Notes under the pieces: model-generated
Database searches by the model: none
Told to the model about the DNA's origin: nothing
Seen by the model: only the letters and a program-made list of their open reading frames with translations
DNA from: Dicyema japonicum
Lineage: Eukaryota; Animalia; Dicyemida
Assembly (NCBI GenBank): GCA_011109175.1
Contig: RDEW01000002.1
Span: forward strand, 12,299-76,298
Direction: 5' to 3'
Length of the DNA stretch: 64,000 nucleotides
Position numbers and translations under genes: made by a program
Part shown: positions 1-12,297 of the stretch, piece after piece
Layout of the letters: each line of letters opens with the position of its first letter
How positions within the stretch are numbered: position 1 is the stretch's first letter

Positions 1-265
1 ATGGACTCAGAGTCGTGGTTGACTGTGGTGGAATACCAGCTTTCACATAATTGAAAACAAAGCAGTTTATGAAGAATATTGTTGAGAGAAATGATGAAAA
101 AAACTAAAATGCTAAATTCAAAGACAAACGATGATTCTCATGAAATTGGGTAAATATGTCAACTTTTATAAAATTTATTATGAAATTGGGTTTAACAATA
201 TTTATTTTTATATATTTAATTTAATAATCAAACAGTTAAAAATAATATTTTTTTAAAAATCAGAA

Positions 266-484
266 CAAGGAACCTATGATTTGTCGACTTGAAAATTGAG
301 TAGTTCATTTCACATGAGGATTGCTGTCAATCGTCGGTTCTCGGCAGAAAGAGACTTAACAGGATAATTTAATTNCAAGGAACCTATCATTTGTCCACTT
401 GAAAATTGAGTAGTTCATTTCACATGAGGATTGCTGTCAATCGTCGGTTCTCGGCAGAAAGAGACTTAACAGGATAATTTAATT
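266..484. repeat. ~109-bp tandem duplication separated by a single N (probable contig-overlap artefact)
   Basis: 266-374 and 376-484 are near-identical and flank the N at 375. Confidence 0.8.
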
Positions 485-944
485 ATTCTTCAAAGCTCAA
501 AAGATTATTTTCTCTCGATGACTCCGTATTATACTCCTTGGTGGGATTCCAACTACAATGAGTCAGGATGAAGTTGTCTATGCAAAGACTGATCTCTTTG
601 TGAACGGACCATGTGAACTGAATATACTTAGTGAACTATTGTAACCTCTTTCTGGTAGCATCCTTAAAGCGATTGACAACAGGAAACCATCAAGACATTC
701 AAAGTCGATAGATGATCATAGAATCCTCCACTTAAGCGAACCAATGCTAATCATAGGTCATATACATTTTCTACATAACATCAAATTCATTTGCTTGCTC
801 TCGGAGGCATCCACTTTGGCTGTCCCTTTAATCATTGGATTCATTTATTTAAATTGACCAGGGAGCAATGAATCCCCCATCGTCGCAAAATAGACTAATT
901 ACCAGGTCAGTTTGAATTAATAAATCGCTGCTAAAATTTTAATA

Positions 945-1250
945 TCAAGAATTATTATCTCTACGAGGTCCTAAGGATTTGATTGGAGACGTGACTTTGT
1001 AACACAAAGAAATCTTATTACCATTAAACTGGATATCTTTAATACCCTTAACGGTGTACGACGGGATTGCTTCCTTGAAGCTTGCGTTCGCAGGGTACTT
1101 GAGATCTTTAAATTGATTTCCTTGTCGTATGACTCCGATAGCGCGAATCTCCATGCAACGGAGGCATACTTAACGGCTGGCGGTTTGTTTGTTGGTAGAG
1201 AGTAGAAACAGAAAAGTCCACATTCCTCGGGGTCCTCCGGACTTTTTTTA
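945..1250 (-). mobile_element. Degenerate LINE ORF2 C-terminal fragment
   Basis: PPAVKYASVAWRFALSES matches the LINE at 34470-35110 (APAVEYASVAWRFALSES), the LEYxxxxW-type motif found after the RT domain. Confidence 0.7.
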
Positions 1251-1254
1251 ATCA

Positions 1255-1745
1255 TTTAAATTAAAGAGATTTATTTTTTTTCGACATTCGGCAATGAACG
1301 GCATCATTAAGAGGGCATTAGAATCGGCTGGATTCCGTTGCCGAATCGCACCGACTGGTTTACTTGACAACGGAAGACGCCCTGACGGCATAACCTCCTT
1401 TCCTTTTGAGCGAGGGCGAAACCTTGTATGGGATGTGACCTGTGTCTGCTTTTTCGCCCCAAGCAAAAAAAATAATTCACTGGGCAGACCTTCTTCTCAT
1501 GCAGAGGAAGTAAAAAATCCTAAATATTCAGATATCAGCGACAGGTACATTTTCGCACCTGTCGCGATTGAAACTTCGGGGAACTTTGGCCCTAAAACGC
1601 TGAAGTTCCTGAACCATTTGGGAAAACTACTAACTGACAAAACTGGTGATCTTCGTGAGACGAGATGGCTCAAGGAGAGGCTCTCGTTGGCTGTTGTCCG
1701 TGGAAATAGCTTGTGCATCTCCCAACAGCTGAATTAAAATTAAAA
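1255..1745 (+). mobile_element. CRE-type non-LTR retrotransposon 3' end (restriction-like endonuclease)
   Basis: ORF 1294-1737 has RPDG...LVWDVTC...PVAIETSG...LSLAVVRGNS, the PD-(D/E)xK RLE signature of CRE elements, followed by an A-rich tail. Confidence 0.85.
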
Positions 1746-2957
1746 TTAACTATTCTTTTTCCTTTTTCCTTATAATAAAATATATAACAACTTGAATTTT
1801 TTTTACTAATAATCACCTGTTTTATGATTTGTCACTATGGAGCAGAGTCCGGTGGATTTGGAAGAAACTTGATGACACAGAGAGTGTTTGGGATCTCGTG
1901 AAGTACATCAGATGAATCAGAAGATAGATATCATCTATAAGTTTAAAATAATATCTCAAAGGTTAATAAGAAGAATGTTCAAGTTATCCAACTGAATAAA
2001 CATCTTCTAATATGCAGGTGTAAGATGAACTCGATGAGTAATTAGAAAGCTACGTACTGATGAGTCAATTACATCATCTTCACGAGGTTCTATTAAAATA
2101 GTCCTTTTGAGTACCCCGTAAGGATGTCAGTTGACACATTAGTCCAACGTGAAAAATCGCCTATAAACGGGCATACAGGGAGTTCATCGGTATCCGAAAG
2201 AAACTTTGGTAAATAATTTCCGACTCCGAAATGGGGAAAATTCCCTAATATTGAGGTTTTCTCCAAAAATGAAGGTCTTCTTAAAAAGCGAAATAAAAAA
2301 TTGTGAAAAATTACTTTTATAATAAAAATTGCTATAATTTGTATTAAAAACAAAATGAATCATCAGTAGGGCCATTTAAATGCCAATGATTTTTTAGATT
2401 TTTATTTTTTTGATGAATAAATCTGCCATTTTCATTTTTTGGTAGTGAATGCACAATATCTGCTGTAAATCTGTATAGTTTAAGAACATTGTCATGAGTT
2501 TTTTGTTTGATTACATAAGAATGCTTGTGAGAGCACGTGTCATATAATTTATCACTTCATAGTCTAAGTGTCTCGCTGCTATCTTCAATGTTAAGATTAT
2601 CATAAAATGTCTCTAAATTTTATGAATAATTAAGCTGGTGCCGTGTAGCTACCTGAAGATTTCTCTTCCTTCTTAATAATGACGTCAACGGATCACCGTA
2701 TTCAGGAGACGTCCAATGCCTCTATCTCTTTATTCCACCGGGAGGTTATTCCGTTACTTGTCGACGAGTTCTGGCTTCAACCTCAGCTTNNNNNNNNNNN
2801 NNNNNNNNNNNNNNNNNNNNNNNNNNNNNNNNNNNNNNNNNNNNNNNNNNNNNNNNNNNNNNTACCATAACCACAAATTTATTTCACTTTAATAAAAATT
2901 TTATTATTTTAAATTCAATTAAGTTTATTAAGACTTTGTATTAACATTTTATTTTTC

Positions 2958-3140
2958 ACTGGAGTATAGGAGGCAGAGCCCTGAGATGCCATATGGGCAG
3001 AGGGTTCAATTAGACAAAGCGCTCTCGGAGTTGTTTCAGCAACCAGAATCGAACCTGCCTGAGGAGGCTGGCGAACAGGCAGGCGAGGAAGGTTGTTGAT
3101 TAATAAATATATTAACTTTTTTATTGTTTATTAAATAAAG
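2958..3140 (+). repeat. Dispersed repeat (probable retroelement 3' end); inverted copy at ~39895-40075
   Basis: cactggagtatagg...gcgctctcggagttgtttcagcaaccagaatcgaacctgc recurs in reverse complement near 39950-40070. Confidence 0.7.
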
Positions 3141-3149
3141 TGNTTAACA

Positions 3150-3990
3150 AATCAGAGCTGATAAATGTCTCATATCCATACACCGACTTCCTCTTTATCA
3201 AAGAGTCTTTTAACTATCTGCTTCCTGGGATTCCGACTGTGCCAATTGATAAATTATATTTCCTCGGATAACCACTCATCGAAGAAGAACTCAAGAACCA
3301 TCTACTTTCCAAAAATGAAAAATTAACACGCCCTGCGAAAAGATTGTTATGTCTCGACTCTCACACATCCTTTTTCCTGATGAGAAACAACATCGGACTA
3401 CCCAAGCTTTTATATCTACTCCGATGTTCACCCTGCTACAAACAATACGACAGTCTACTTTTGATAGACAAATCTCTCAAACAAACTGTTGAGTCACTAA
3501 TTGACATCCGCTTCGACAATGTAAACTTCCCTCTGGATTTGGGGGTGTCGGTCTAAGATTGGCGCTGGAGGTTGCGTACCCGGCATATCTATCGTCTCTC
3601 TCAAGCTGCAACCATTTGACACGGCAAGTCCTTCATAACACTATTGGACTTCGCTGGAATGAGTCATTTGACGAAGCTTGTCGAAAATGGAACGAGTCCG
3701 GAGTCAAAATCCTTGAAGACACAACAAAGCAAAGTAATTGGGATAACATTGTCCTCCAAAATTTTGGAAGACCTTAAAAAAAGCAAATCAACTTCGTCTA
3801 TCTTGTTTAGTGTCAGCTTCGAATGGAGGGAGTGGAGAATGCCTTAATGCAATTCCTTGCCCAAACCTCAGGAGCTTTTTGGACGACGATTCTTTGAGGA
3901 TTTGAATACGACAAAGGCTGGGACTAAACGTTTGCCAGGAACACCGATGCCGATGTCCGTTCGGAAAGTCCCTATAGATTTGTATCAACA
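3150..3990 (+). mobile_element. Degenerate CRE-type retrotransposon (post-RT region and CCHC motif)
   Basis: LPKLLYLLRCSP, YPAYLSSL and LRIRQRLGLNVCQEHRCRC resemble CRE ORFs and the copy at 44690-45560; frameshifted. Confidence 0.75.
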
Positions 3991-4139
3991 TTGAAATAAC
4001 TAATCACTAGGGAAACTGGTCTATTCTTAAGAAACATGTCGAAATTATAATAAAAATTATATTTTAATTATATAATATTAATATATAATTAAATTATATA
4101 ATATTTAATTAGATAGTATATATGTATCAACGTATGTGA

Positions 4140-4980
4140 ATGCAACACAACAACGTTTAAAAACAATTATAAAATTTAGAGTTCTAAATTAAATCAAATA
4201 AAAGACGCTTTGACCGATTTTGACAAGTCTACCAAGAATTTCGTATGTACTCTTGAGAATTTTAACGGTCAACTAAAATCAATACAAGACTCATTTTCTT
4301 CTATCTATGACTGCGATTCGCTATCTCAATTTGATTGCAGTTGTAGTCGATTTAGCTTACTTTAGCCTATTCTGATGTTTTGTCGGCAACTGATCGGATT
4401 CTAAAGCACTATCAAGTAGTGAAGGATGTTAACAAATACGGCATAAACGAAGTGGGGTAATCTTAATTTTTCCGTTTTAGTTCCGAAATTGATGACGTAA
4501 TCAAAAAATTAGACGATGTAAACAACGCGAAGAAATTCTTCGCTACTAATCGACCTCAATCCATCGAATTTACGACTTCTGTATTTTTATAAACTTAAAA
4601 TAGACAATTCAATTTGATTCGCTTATTAAAAAACTAGAAATGGATTTTACAACTGTTCTGAACGAACAATTTAATATTTGTCCTTCTCTCTTTGAGACTA
4701 AAATGAATTCTGTAAGCAATCAGAGCACACCTTTAACGACTCGTAGCATTGTTACTCCAGCTCGTAAAATTGACCCACCTGGTGATTAAAAAGGCTGATT
4801 TGTAGGGAGACCAAATTTGGCGAATTATTACACAAAGTTAATAACCTATATCGACAAAATAAGACACATGTATTTTTGGATAAATGAAAATTTAATTTCA
4901 AACTTAAATCACTTTATTGACATTTTTATATCCTCTAGAACTGATTTTCTGGCTTTGGCAATTAAACGCTCTCAAGGAGG
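4140..4980 (+). CDS. EXOC7: Exocyst complex component 7 (Exo70), 5' part; runs into the N gap
   Basis: Splicing out introns 4155-4179 (25 nt), 4340-4365 (26), 4457-4480 (24), 4581-4603 (23) and 4782-4805 (24) gives an open frame: MQHNNSSKLNQIKDALTDFDKSTKNFVCTLENFNGQLKSIQDSF...TDRILKHYQV...AKKFFATNRPQSIEF...YFWINEN...FIDIFISSRTDFLALAIK. This aligns by eye to the Exo70 N-terminus (IRDSLEKSDQLTKNMVSILSSF; LDHVISYYHV; AVEYFQDNSPDSPEL). The start codon is tentative. Confidence 0.75.
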
Positions 4981-5496
4981 NNNNNNNNNNNNNNNNNNNN
5001 NNNNNNNNNNNNNNNNNNNNNNNNNNNNNNNNNNNNNNNNNNNNNNNNNNNNNNNNNNNNNNNNNNNNNNNNNNNNNNNNNNNNNNNNNNNNNNNNNNNN
5101 NNNNNNNNNNNNNNNNNNNNNNNNNNNNNNNNNNNNNNNNNNNNNNNNNNNNNNNNNNNNNNNNNNNNNNNNNNNNNNNNNNNNNNNNNNNNNNNNNNNN
5201 NNNNNNNNNNNNNNNNNNNNNNNNNNNNNNNNNNNNNNNNNNNNNNNNNNNNNNNNNNNNNNNNNNNNNNNNNNNNNNNNNNNNNNNNNNNNNNNNNNNN
5301 NNNNNNNNNNNNNNNNNNNNNNNNNNNNNNNNNNNNNNNNNNNNNNNNNNNNNNNNNNNNNNNNNNNNNNNNNNNNNNNNNNNNNNNNNNNNNNNNNNNN
5401 NNNNNNNNNNNNNNNNNNNNNNNNNNNNNNNNNNNNNNNNNNNNNNNNNNNNNNNNNNNNNNNNNNNNNNNNNNNNNNNNNNNNNNNNNNNNNNNN
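4981..5496. other. Scaffold gap (N run); other gaps at 2790-2861 and 8101-8280, single Ns at 375, 3143 and 13684
   Basis: Runs of n in the sequence. Confidence 1.
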
Positions 5497-5519
5497 TGTT
5501 CACAGATTGCTTTAAAAAA

Positions 5520-6350
5520 TATTAAGAATATTTAAAAACCATTGGAATTTACAAATTGTATTAATTTAGAAATAAAATATCTTAAAAATTAATTAATTAA
5601 ATTTACGTTTCGGAATGCTTCTAGTGCAAATTTCAAGAGAAATCTTAGAAAACATAAAAAAATAAAGGAAATGATGAAAGAGGCAAACATCTTAAGACGG
5701 GAAAGAGACCGTCTAGCGAAAACAGCCAGAAATTTTATTTTTGACGAAGAAGGAATTCTCTATATGTGCAAAGGCTACAAATTAAGATTCTATTGTGTTA
5801 AAGATATTAATTGAAACTCAAAACCATAGAAGTAATTAAATCGTTTAGATTAATTTTAGGCTGAGATCGTCTTTTCTCTAAATTAAAAACTAAACTATAA
5901 GTCTGAAATCGCTGGAATAATACGAAAGTGCGTTTTTGTCAATCAAAACGTCTCTTGTCGACAAAACCACTGATTACTCCCTTAATCGCGATGGGTCTTA
6001 GAGATCGCTATATTGACGATCTTATATATCTCAGGAGATACTCTTCTATAAACAACTCCTTTTCTTGGGTATCAAATTTTGTTTCTTATTAAAGATTGAT
6101 TCCTTCTCAAAATATGCAATGATCGAACTCGCAAAAAGTAAGACATCTCTGGAAATAAAATGATTGTTATACAACCTGATTTATATTGCCTTTAATTCTT
6201 CAAACCGATAACGGAAAAGTTCACATGGAAGAATTGTGCCAAAAGTTCTCCTCTATAAAGCATTTAAGAATAGAAGAGCTTTGAGCAAGCTAACTAATTC
6301 TCTTATATTTTTTGCTGCATATGCGGGGCTATAAATATTATGGCTCTCGT
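5520..6350 (+). mobile_element. Degenerate Ginger/KRBA2-like integrase transposon
   Basis: Fragments LITPLIAMGLRDRYIDDLIYLRRY and FSKYA resemble the start of the rve integrase core; related to 57690-58600. Confidence 0.55.
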
Positions 6351-6779
6351 GAAAGTGCTAATAATAATTGGGGGTTATATTGATAAGTGAAATATCATTG
6401 GAGAGTTGTAGAAATTGTACTGAGACAACACCTATCGGCGAAAATTTGAATAACTTTATTGTAGTTCTCTATCTGTATAAAAAATCATATTTTCTGCAAC
6501 GTGATAAATTTGGAAATATTGGGTCAGCTGTAATAATTTTTGGGACCTCGAACAGTGAATTAAATTTTTTTAATAATAACAACACCAGAGATCTGAACTT
6601 GGCCCAATGCTCATCCCTCTACCACACAAGCACGTATTGGCCGAGTGACTGGATATTCGCAGTCAGATGGTTACGGATACTTCAACAAGACCAAGAACAT
6701 TAAATGGATTCATCATAATAATTAACAGCATTAACTTTTTTAATTTATATCAATTTATTAAAGAAAAAAGAAATATATA

Positions 6780-6905
6780 GCGGCCGCATCTCTTCCCCTA
6801 GCAGCGCTCACGGGGGTCATCTGATCGTGTAGAAATCCGATTCCCTAGACGACTCAAAAATTCCAGCGTCGCAGGCGCAAGGGAACCAGACGTCTCAATG
6901 GCGAG
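6780..6905 (-). mobile_element. CRE 3' fragment
   Basis: Minus strand reads AIETSGSLAPATLEFLSRLG; near-identical to 23100-23200. Confidence 0.7.
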
Positions 6906-7059
6906 TGGACAAACTTTGGTTGGTCAATTGACTAAACTAACTTAAAGACAATATGACAACCTATTTACATTTTTAATCTAAAAGTTTCCTATATGGATCA
7001 TTAAAAAACTTTATAAAGTATTAATCTTGGTCTTTTATGTTAGTGACTCTTTAATGTTC

Positions 7060-7240
7060 TCAACCAATTTCGTCATAAGTACCGGTCAATTCATGATAGT
7101 TCCGGGTTCGAATCTCGCTGCTTTACATTCCGGCTGAAGGTTGCACTAAGATTCCTTGATTTGAATACTTAATTGTACAACCTGATTGTCACAAAGACTC
7201 ACACACAACAAAAAGAAAAATAGGTTAAAAACATTCTTTC
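7060..7240 (+). mobile_element. tRNA-derived SINE family 1, diverged copy
   Basis: B-box gggttcgaatctcgctgct, with body and A-rich tail similar to 48420-48629. Confidence 0.6.
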
Positions 7241-7419
7241 CTTTTAATCATTAGATATAAGTGTTTTTACTCTAATAAATTGTCCTTATTGTTCTATAAA
7301 TATTATGGTTCTCATAAAAACTGCTGTGTTTTTAATATTAGTCTCGCTCAACTTGTAGAGGATGCTCCCGAATAAGAAAATTCACCTGCGTATTAATATT
7401 ATTCGTATCTTTGTTAAAT

Positions 7420-10140
7420 TGTGCCCCTTTGGTAATGGCAATCACCACTTCAAAACAATCTCAACAAAACCGTCTGAGATTGTCCTCAGGAACCTCCCCT
7501 TTTGGGTGAAGAAGGACGACCTCTTGGACTACCTTCAGGAGATGGCTCCCTCAGTTACGAAAGTTATCCGAATGACCAGAGGATCGCAGGCCATGCAAGA
7601 ACTAACAAGTACGAAGCTGCTCCTCTTCCTGGCTAGCGAAGGAAAAGTTATCAGGAAGTATTACAAAAGAACTAAAGGAAATAATAACAAGACTGAAGAA
7701 CTAAGCGGCATACTTGGGGTGGATATACGCAGTATGGTGGACCTGGCCATGGAGAGCTCGGCCACCAACAAGAAAATTGAAAAGAAACTTGAAGATAGTG
7801 GTGGTGAACGCCCGATCCCTAAAGAAGAGGCGTCATGACTTGGCACTACTACTATTGTCCACCAAGATTGACATCCTGGTGGTCAACGAGACCAAGGTGA
7901 AAAAGACCACACCGCAATGCTACAGGGATATAATTCTATAGAAATTCCATGGGTCGAAGGTGCAGAAGCTGGTACTGGAACCACGTTGTTCTACAGTGAT
8001 GTTCTACAAATACGTGAGCCAAAAATTATTATGAATACACACTGTGAATTTGTTTCCGTCGGGTGAGATGCTGTGGCCGTTGAATACACGTCGTGGAATG
8101 NNNNNNNNNNNNNNNNNNNNNNNNNNNNNNNNNNNNNNNNNNNNNNNNNNNNNNNNNNNNNNNNNNNNNNNNNNNNNNNNNNNNNNNNNNNNNNNNNNNN
8201 NNNNNNNNNNNNNNNNNNNNNNNNNNNNNNNNNNNNNNNNNNNNNNNNNNNNNNNNNNNNNNNNNNNNNNNNNNNNNNNNGGACCGGGCTCTTTCCGACT
8301 GGATTTCCTGGATAACTCCCATGTGGCCACCTTTATAGAAGCGGTGAATGAGACCTGCCCCTTTGGTAATGACAATCACCATTTCAAGACAATCTCAACA
8401 AAACCGTCTGAGATTGTCCTCAGGAACTTCTCCTTCTGGGTGAAGGAGGACGACCTCTTGGACTACCTTCAGGAGATGGCTCCCTCAGTCACGAAGGTTA
8501 CCCGAATGACCAGAAGATCGCAGGCCATGCCATTGATCAATATGAAGTCGGAGGCTACATCACTAATACAATGTGGCTTCTACATCGGGACGAACAAGAT
8601 TTCTTGTGAATGGATGCGAAGAGGACTACCAATCTGCTACAGCTGTCAGCAAATCGGCCACTTTACATACCAGTGCACGGGAAAAAAATGCTTCCGTTGC
8701 GCGAGACAAACTCAGAAGATGTGTGGACTGGATAGACCGGATTGCATTGACCGGACAATTGAAGATAATCAAGAAAGCCATTGAAAAAGGAACAAGACTG
8801 TCTCAAGAACAATGTTTGAGGTAGAGGCAAGCAAACTAAACACCAAAGACCCCTCGTTCTGGAAGTTCTACAAAAGATTAATTGCCCAGAACATGAAGGA
8901 TACAAAAATCTCTTCGACCAAACCAGAAGGAGCATCGTGCTCTATGGAAGAAGCTCCAGCTATCTTTAAGAAACAAGGCTAACGCATCTGGACTTGACTA
9001 TCTAAGCATGAGATTGTTCAAGGAAGCCCAGAGGCTCTATTCCCATACTGAAGAATTTATTCAATGCAAGCATTCATCATGCTCATTTCCCAAAACGCTG
9101 GAAATCTTCTATTGTCAGAATGATACTGAACCGAGAAAATCGAGGAGGGACCCACTCAGCTATGGGCCAATAAGCCTCATCTGTTCGATCTCCAAGATTA
9201 TCAAACGAATTATCTTCAGAAAGCTTAACAACCACGTAGAAGAAAGTGGTTTCCTCCTCGCAGAACAATGTGACTTCAGACCTGGAAAATCATGCACGGA
9301 CTGTATCTACCAGATGCATTCAATGGTATTGAGAGGTCTGGAATCAAAGGACTAGTCAACCTGGTATGTTTGGATCTGTCCAAGGCTTTTGATAGTGTGT
9401 GGCACGAAGCCTCCTATCAAGGCTAGCAGCTGCTGATATTCAAAAAAACTTTTCATGTGGATAAAGGACTTCCTAAAAGGACGGACTTCCCAAGTACGTG
9501 TAGGAGCAAATATGTCAAAAGATATCATACTGAAGAAGGGAGTTACACAGGGTTCTGTCTTGAGCCCACTTCTGTTCAACATATTCTTGTCAGATTTCTC
9601 AACTCCACCGGATATGAACACCAGATTATTGATATACGCTGATGATATTCTGATCACGGATACATCCGGGAAATCAACTCTCTCAAAAAAGAATCATGTC
9701 ATTCATTGGACAAGTACAGGACTGGTGCACCAAAAGAGGGATGAGATTGTCCACTGAGAAATCCAGCTTTCAAAAGTCAGTCGCCTAAGAAGGTATCAGA
9801 CGCAGCCTTACTCACTAGAGATTTTTAAAGTAAACTCACTACGCTACCTCGGAATAGTAATCGACGGTAAAGGTTTTTTCATGGAGGACATTAGACGAAG
9901 AAGGAAGAATGCGGTTCAAGCACTTTTATGTACTGGAAACCTTTTTGTTCATTTTCATGAGAATCATTCTACCGAAGCTGCTATATGGATGCAAAACATG
10001 GATTTTCTCTTGCCAAAGAGAAAGAATTATGTTACTCATGGAAAAAACCATAAGGTCGACAATAAAGTTGGCTTTGGGGAAAAGGCTTTCTGATGTTCTC
10101 AGTACTGGAGAAGACAAGATTAGAGCCAGATATCGAATCT
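7420..10140 (+). mobile_element. LINE family A (I/Jockey-like): rearranged ORF1 gag with CCHC knuckles, APE endonuclease and RT
   Basis: CYSCQQIGHFTYQC knuckle; VNARSLKKRRH...ILVVNETK (APE); QCDFRPGKS, DLSKAFDSV, GVTQGSVLSPLLF and IYADD (RT). Near-identical to 49690-52450. Confidence 0.9.
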
Positions 10141-10199
10141 TTGGTCAAAAAACATCAGTCACAGGGATCCCATTGTTATTTAATTTTTTATTATAGATT

Positions 10200-10401
10200 T
10201 ATACTAAGATACCAACTTAACATCGAGTATATACTTTTTTTGTTTTATTTGATTATTAACAATGAATTCATTTTAGATAATTAACTAATTTTACTTAGAA
10301 TTGTCTGTTCTAAATAAAAAAGTTTTAAGGGGTCGATTAAATAATAGGGGGGTCGAAAAAAGTCAAGGGGTCGACGAGCAAAAAAAGGTTGAGAACCCCT
10401 G
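10200..10401 (+). mobile_element. Right end of a Buster-type hAT transposon
   Basis: TIR aggttgagaacccctg at 10386-10401, ggggtcga subterminal repeats, and flanking 8-mer atttaaag fitting the NNNTANNN target pattern. Confidence 0.75.
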
Positions 10402-11575
10402 ATTTAAAGTATCAAATTAAATTTAAAATAATCGGCTTGATATTTCTGTCCTATTGTAACAAATTTTTAACTAAATTATACAGTACCTAAAAATAAGCCT
10501 TCCGATTCAAAAAAGCTAAACACAGAAGCACTTTACACGAATAAATGTATCCACAAATAAAAAACAATTGAATATTGTTCCAATTGATTTCTTCAGAAAT
10601 TTTGCAACAGACGTAACGGAAGCATTTCTACTCGCAAACATTCCACTCTATAAATTGAGGAATCGAGCAATTATCAACTTAATCAAAAGTATTGGGCATT
10701 CACTTCCTTCAGAGTTTACTTGCTGCAATATGTAGAATTTTTAGTTCAAAAAAAGATATTCAAAATAATTAATTTATTTTCAAATAAAAAAGTTAGTTTG
10801 AATAATTTAATTTTTAAGGTTTTTTGATTGTGGACGAATTTTATGTTGGGATAAAAAATTTGTTAATTTTCTAGTAGATTGTATAAAAATTGATTCCTCT
10901 CCGCTTAAGGGTGTTTCTTACTATGCTACAAACCTGCCAAATGTTATTCAAATATGCACTTCTTTAGAAGGACATTAAAAGAGCGAAAGAATGTTTATTT
11001 AAAAGACAACTTCATGAAGATCTAACGACGAAAATACCACAATATTCACCTTTATTACATTTGCTTGATGATTTAGAATCGACCAATTTTTACTATAAAT
11101 AAAGCATGGAAAAGTTATGTCGCGAACGTTTTTTTTCGTGACAAAGCGTGAGATAATTAGAGGTGTGCTCCAAAATTTTGAAGTCTGCTTATTCTCGTCA
11201 ATTCTGAAACAATCTGATGATATTTGTCATATTTTTTCTAACTCCCCTAATGAATATTGCAAGTAGATTTTATCGACTTAAAAAGGTATTTCCTATGGTT
11301 TAATTTTGTAGATTTAAAACCTGTAATGATTCATTTTCTTGGTTACTCACTGTTATTGACGTGTATTTAAAATTCTCTTATAATCTTGTTATCGTAGAAC
11401 AGGAGGATGGATCAGAATATAAAGTTCATAAATAAAGACTTTAAAAATTGAGATAAATAAAGGAAATTAAATTTTTTTATTAAATAAATTGGGTTTTATT
11501 TAAAAAAATCAAAAAAAATAAAAAAAGACAAAGAGCTTAATGACATAGATCAAAGAATCTGTAACCGCATAGGGA
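10402..11575 (+). repeat. Internally deleted duplicate of 40529-42365 (CGGBP1-like hAT plus Ginger-like remnants)
   Basis: High identity to 40529-41245 and 41890-42365, joined at aaagcat|ggaaaagttatg. Confidence 0.85.
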
Positions 11576-11639
11576 ATTTGTGTCTATCATTTTGCTGTAT
11601 GGGTTAAATCAGATCAGTTCTGAGAAAACACACATGAGA

Positions 11640-11899
11640 GGTAGCTTTCATCAAATTTTCTATTATAAATTTTTAATTATAAAAAACTTTTTGTTTGAAA
11701 ATTTTATAAAATCTAATATTCAATTATTGTTTCTCATTAAAAGTCTATAAAATTGACTAATTGACAAACTAACCCAAAACAAAATCAAGATATAAGCGAG
11801 GATGTTTAATATATTTTAATAATTAAAAACTGTATTAAATAATTCATAATAAAGTTCACGAAACCATGGTGTTCCTCGGAAGCCAGGTTGGGACCACTG
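11640..11899 (+). mobile_element. hAT MITE right end
   Basis: ggttgggaccactg (reverse complement cagtggtcccaacc) ends at 11899 and is followed by atctagat (NNNTANNN). The left boundary is approximate. Confidence 0.5.
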
Positions 11900-12297
11900 A
11901 TCTAGATATTCAAACTATGCTCTCAATAATCTCAAAATTTCTCTCCGAAATCATGAAAAATGATACCAAGTAACAGATAAACCAAGCCTTTATGAATATA
12001 ATTTCTCACTTGAACAACAATATTAATATAAACGAAAGCAAAAATAAAATATCTTATATAACAAAGATTTTACTAGAACTCTTAGTAATCGTTAAGAAAT
12101 TCTTCAACATCCCTAATCTCCTTTGGGGTATTACTGGTCAATACCTCAAGCCCGTCATCAGTTATTAAAATAATCTTCAATTCGAATTCCAATCCCCTTG
12201 TACTTCTCATTCACAAAACAACAATTTTTGTCCAAATATAAATTTACATGTTTCTCATAGCAAATACCAGGTTCAACTGGAACTACAAATCCCGACT

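Noticed and set aside
266-484. Tandem duplication as a biological repeat or CRISPR-like unit
   Set aside because: Only two copies, joined at a single N; typical of an unmerged contig overlap. There is no repeat-spacer array anywhere in the window.
4712-4746. 35-nt GT-AG intron in EXOC7
   Set aside because: Splicing it shifts the frame into a stop, whereas reading through is open.
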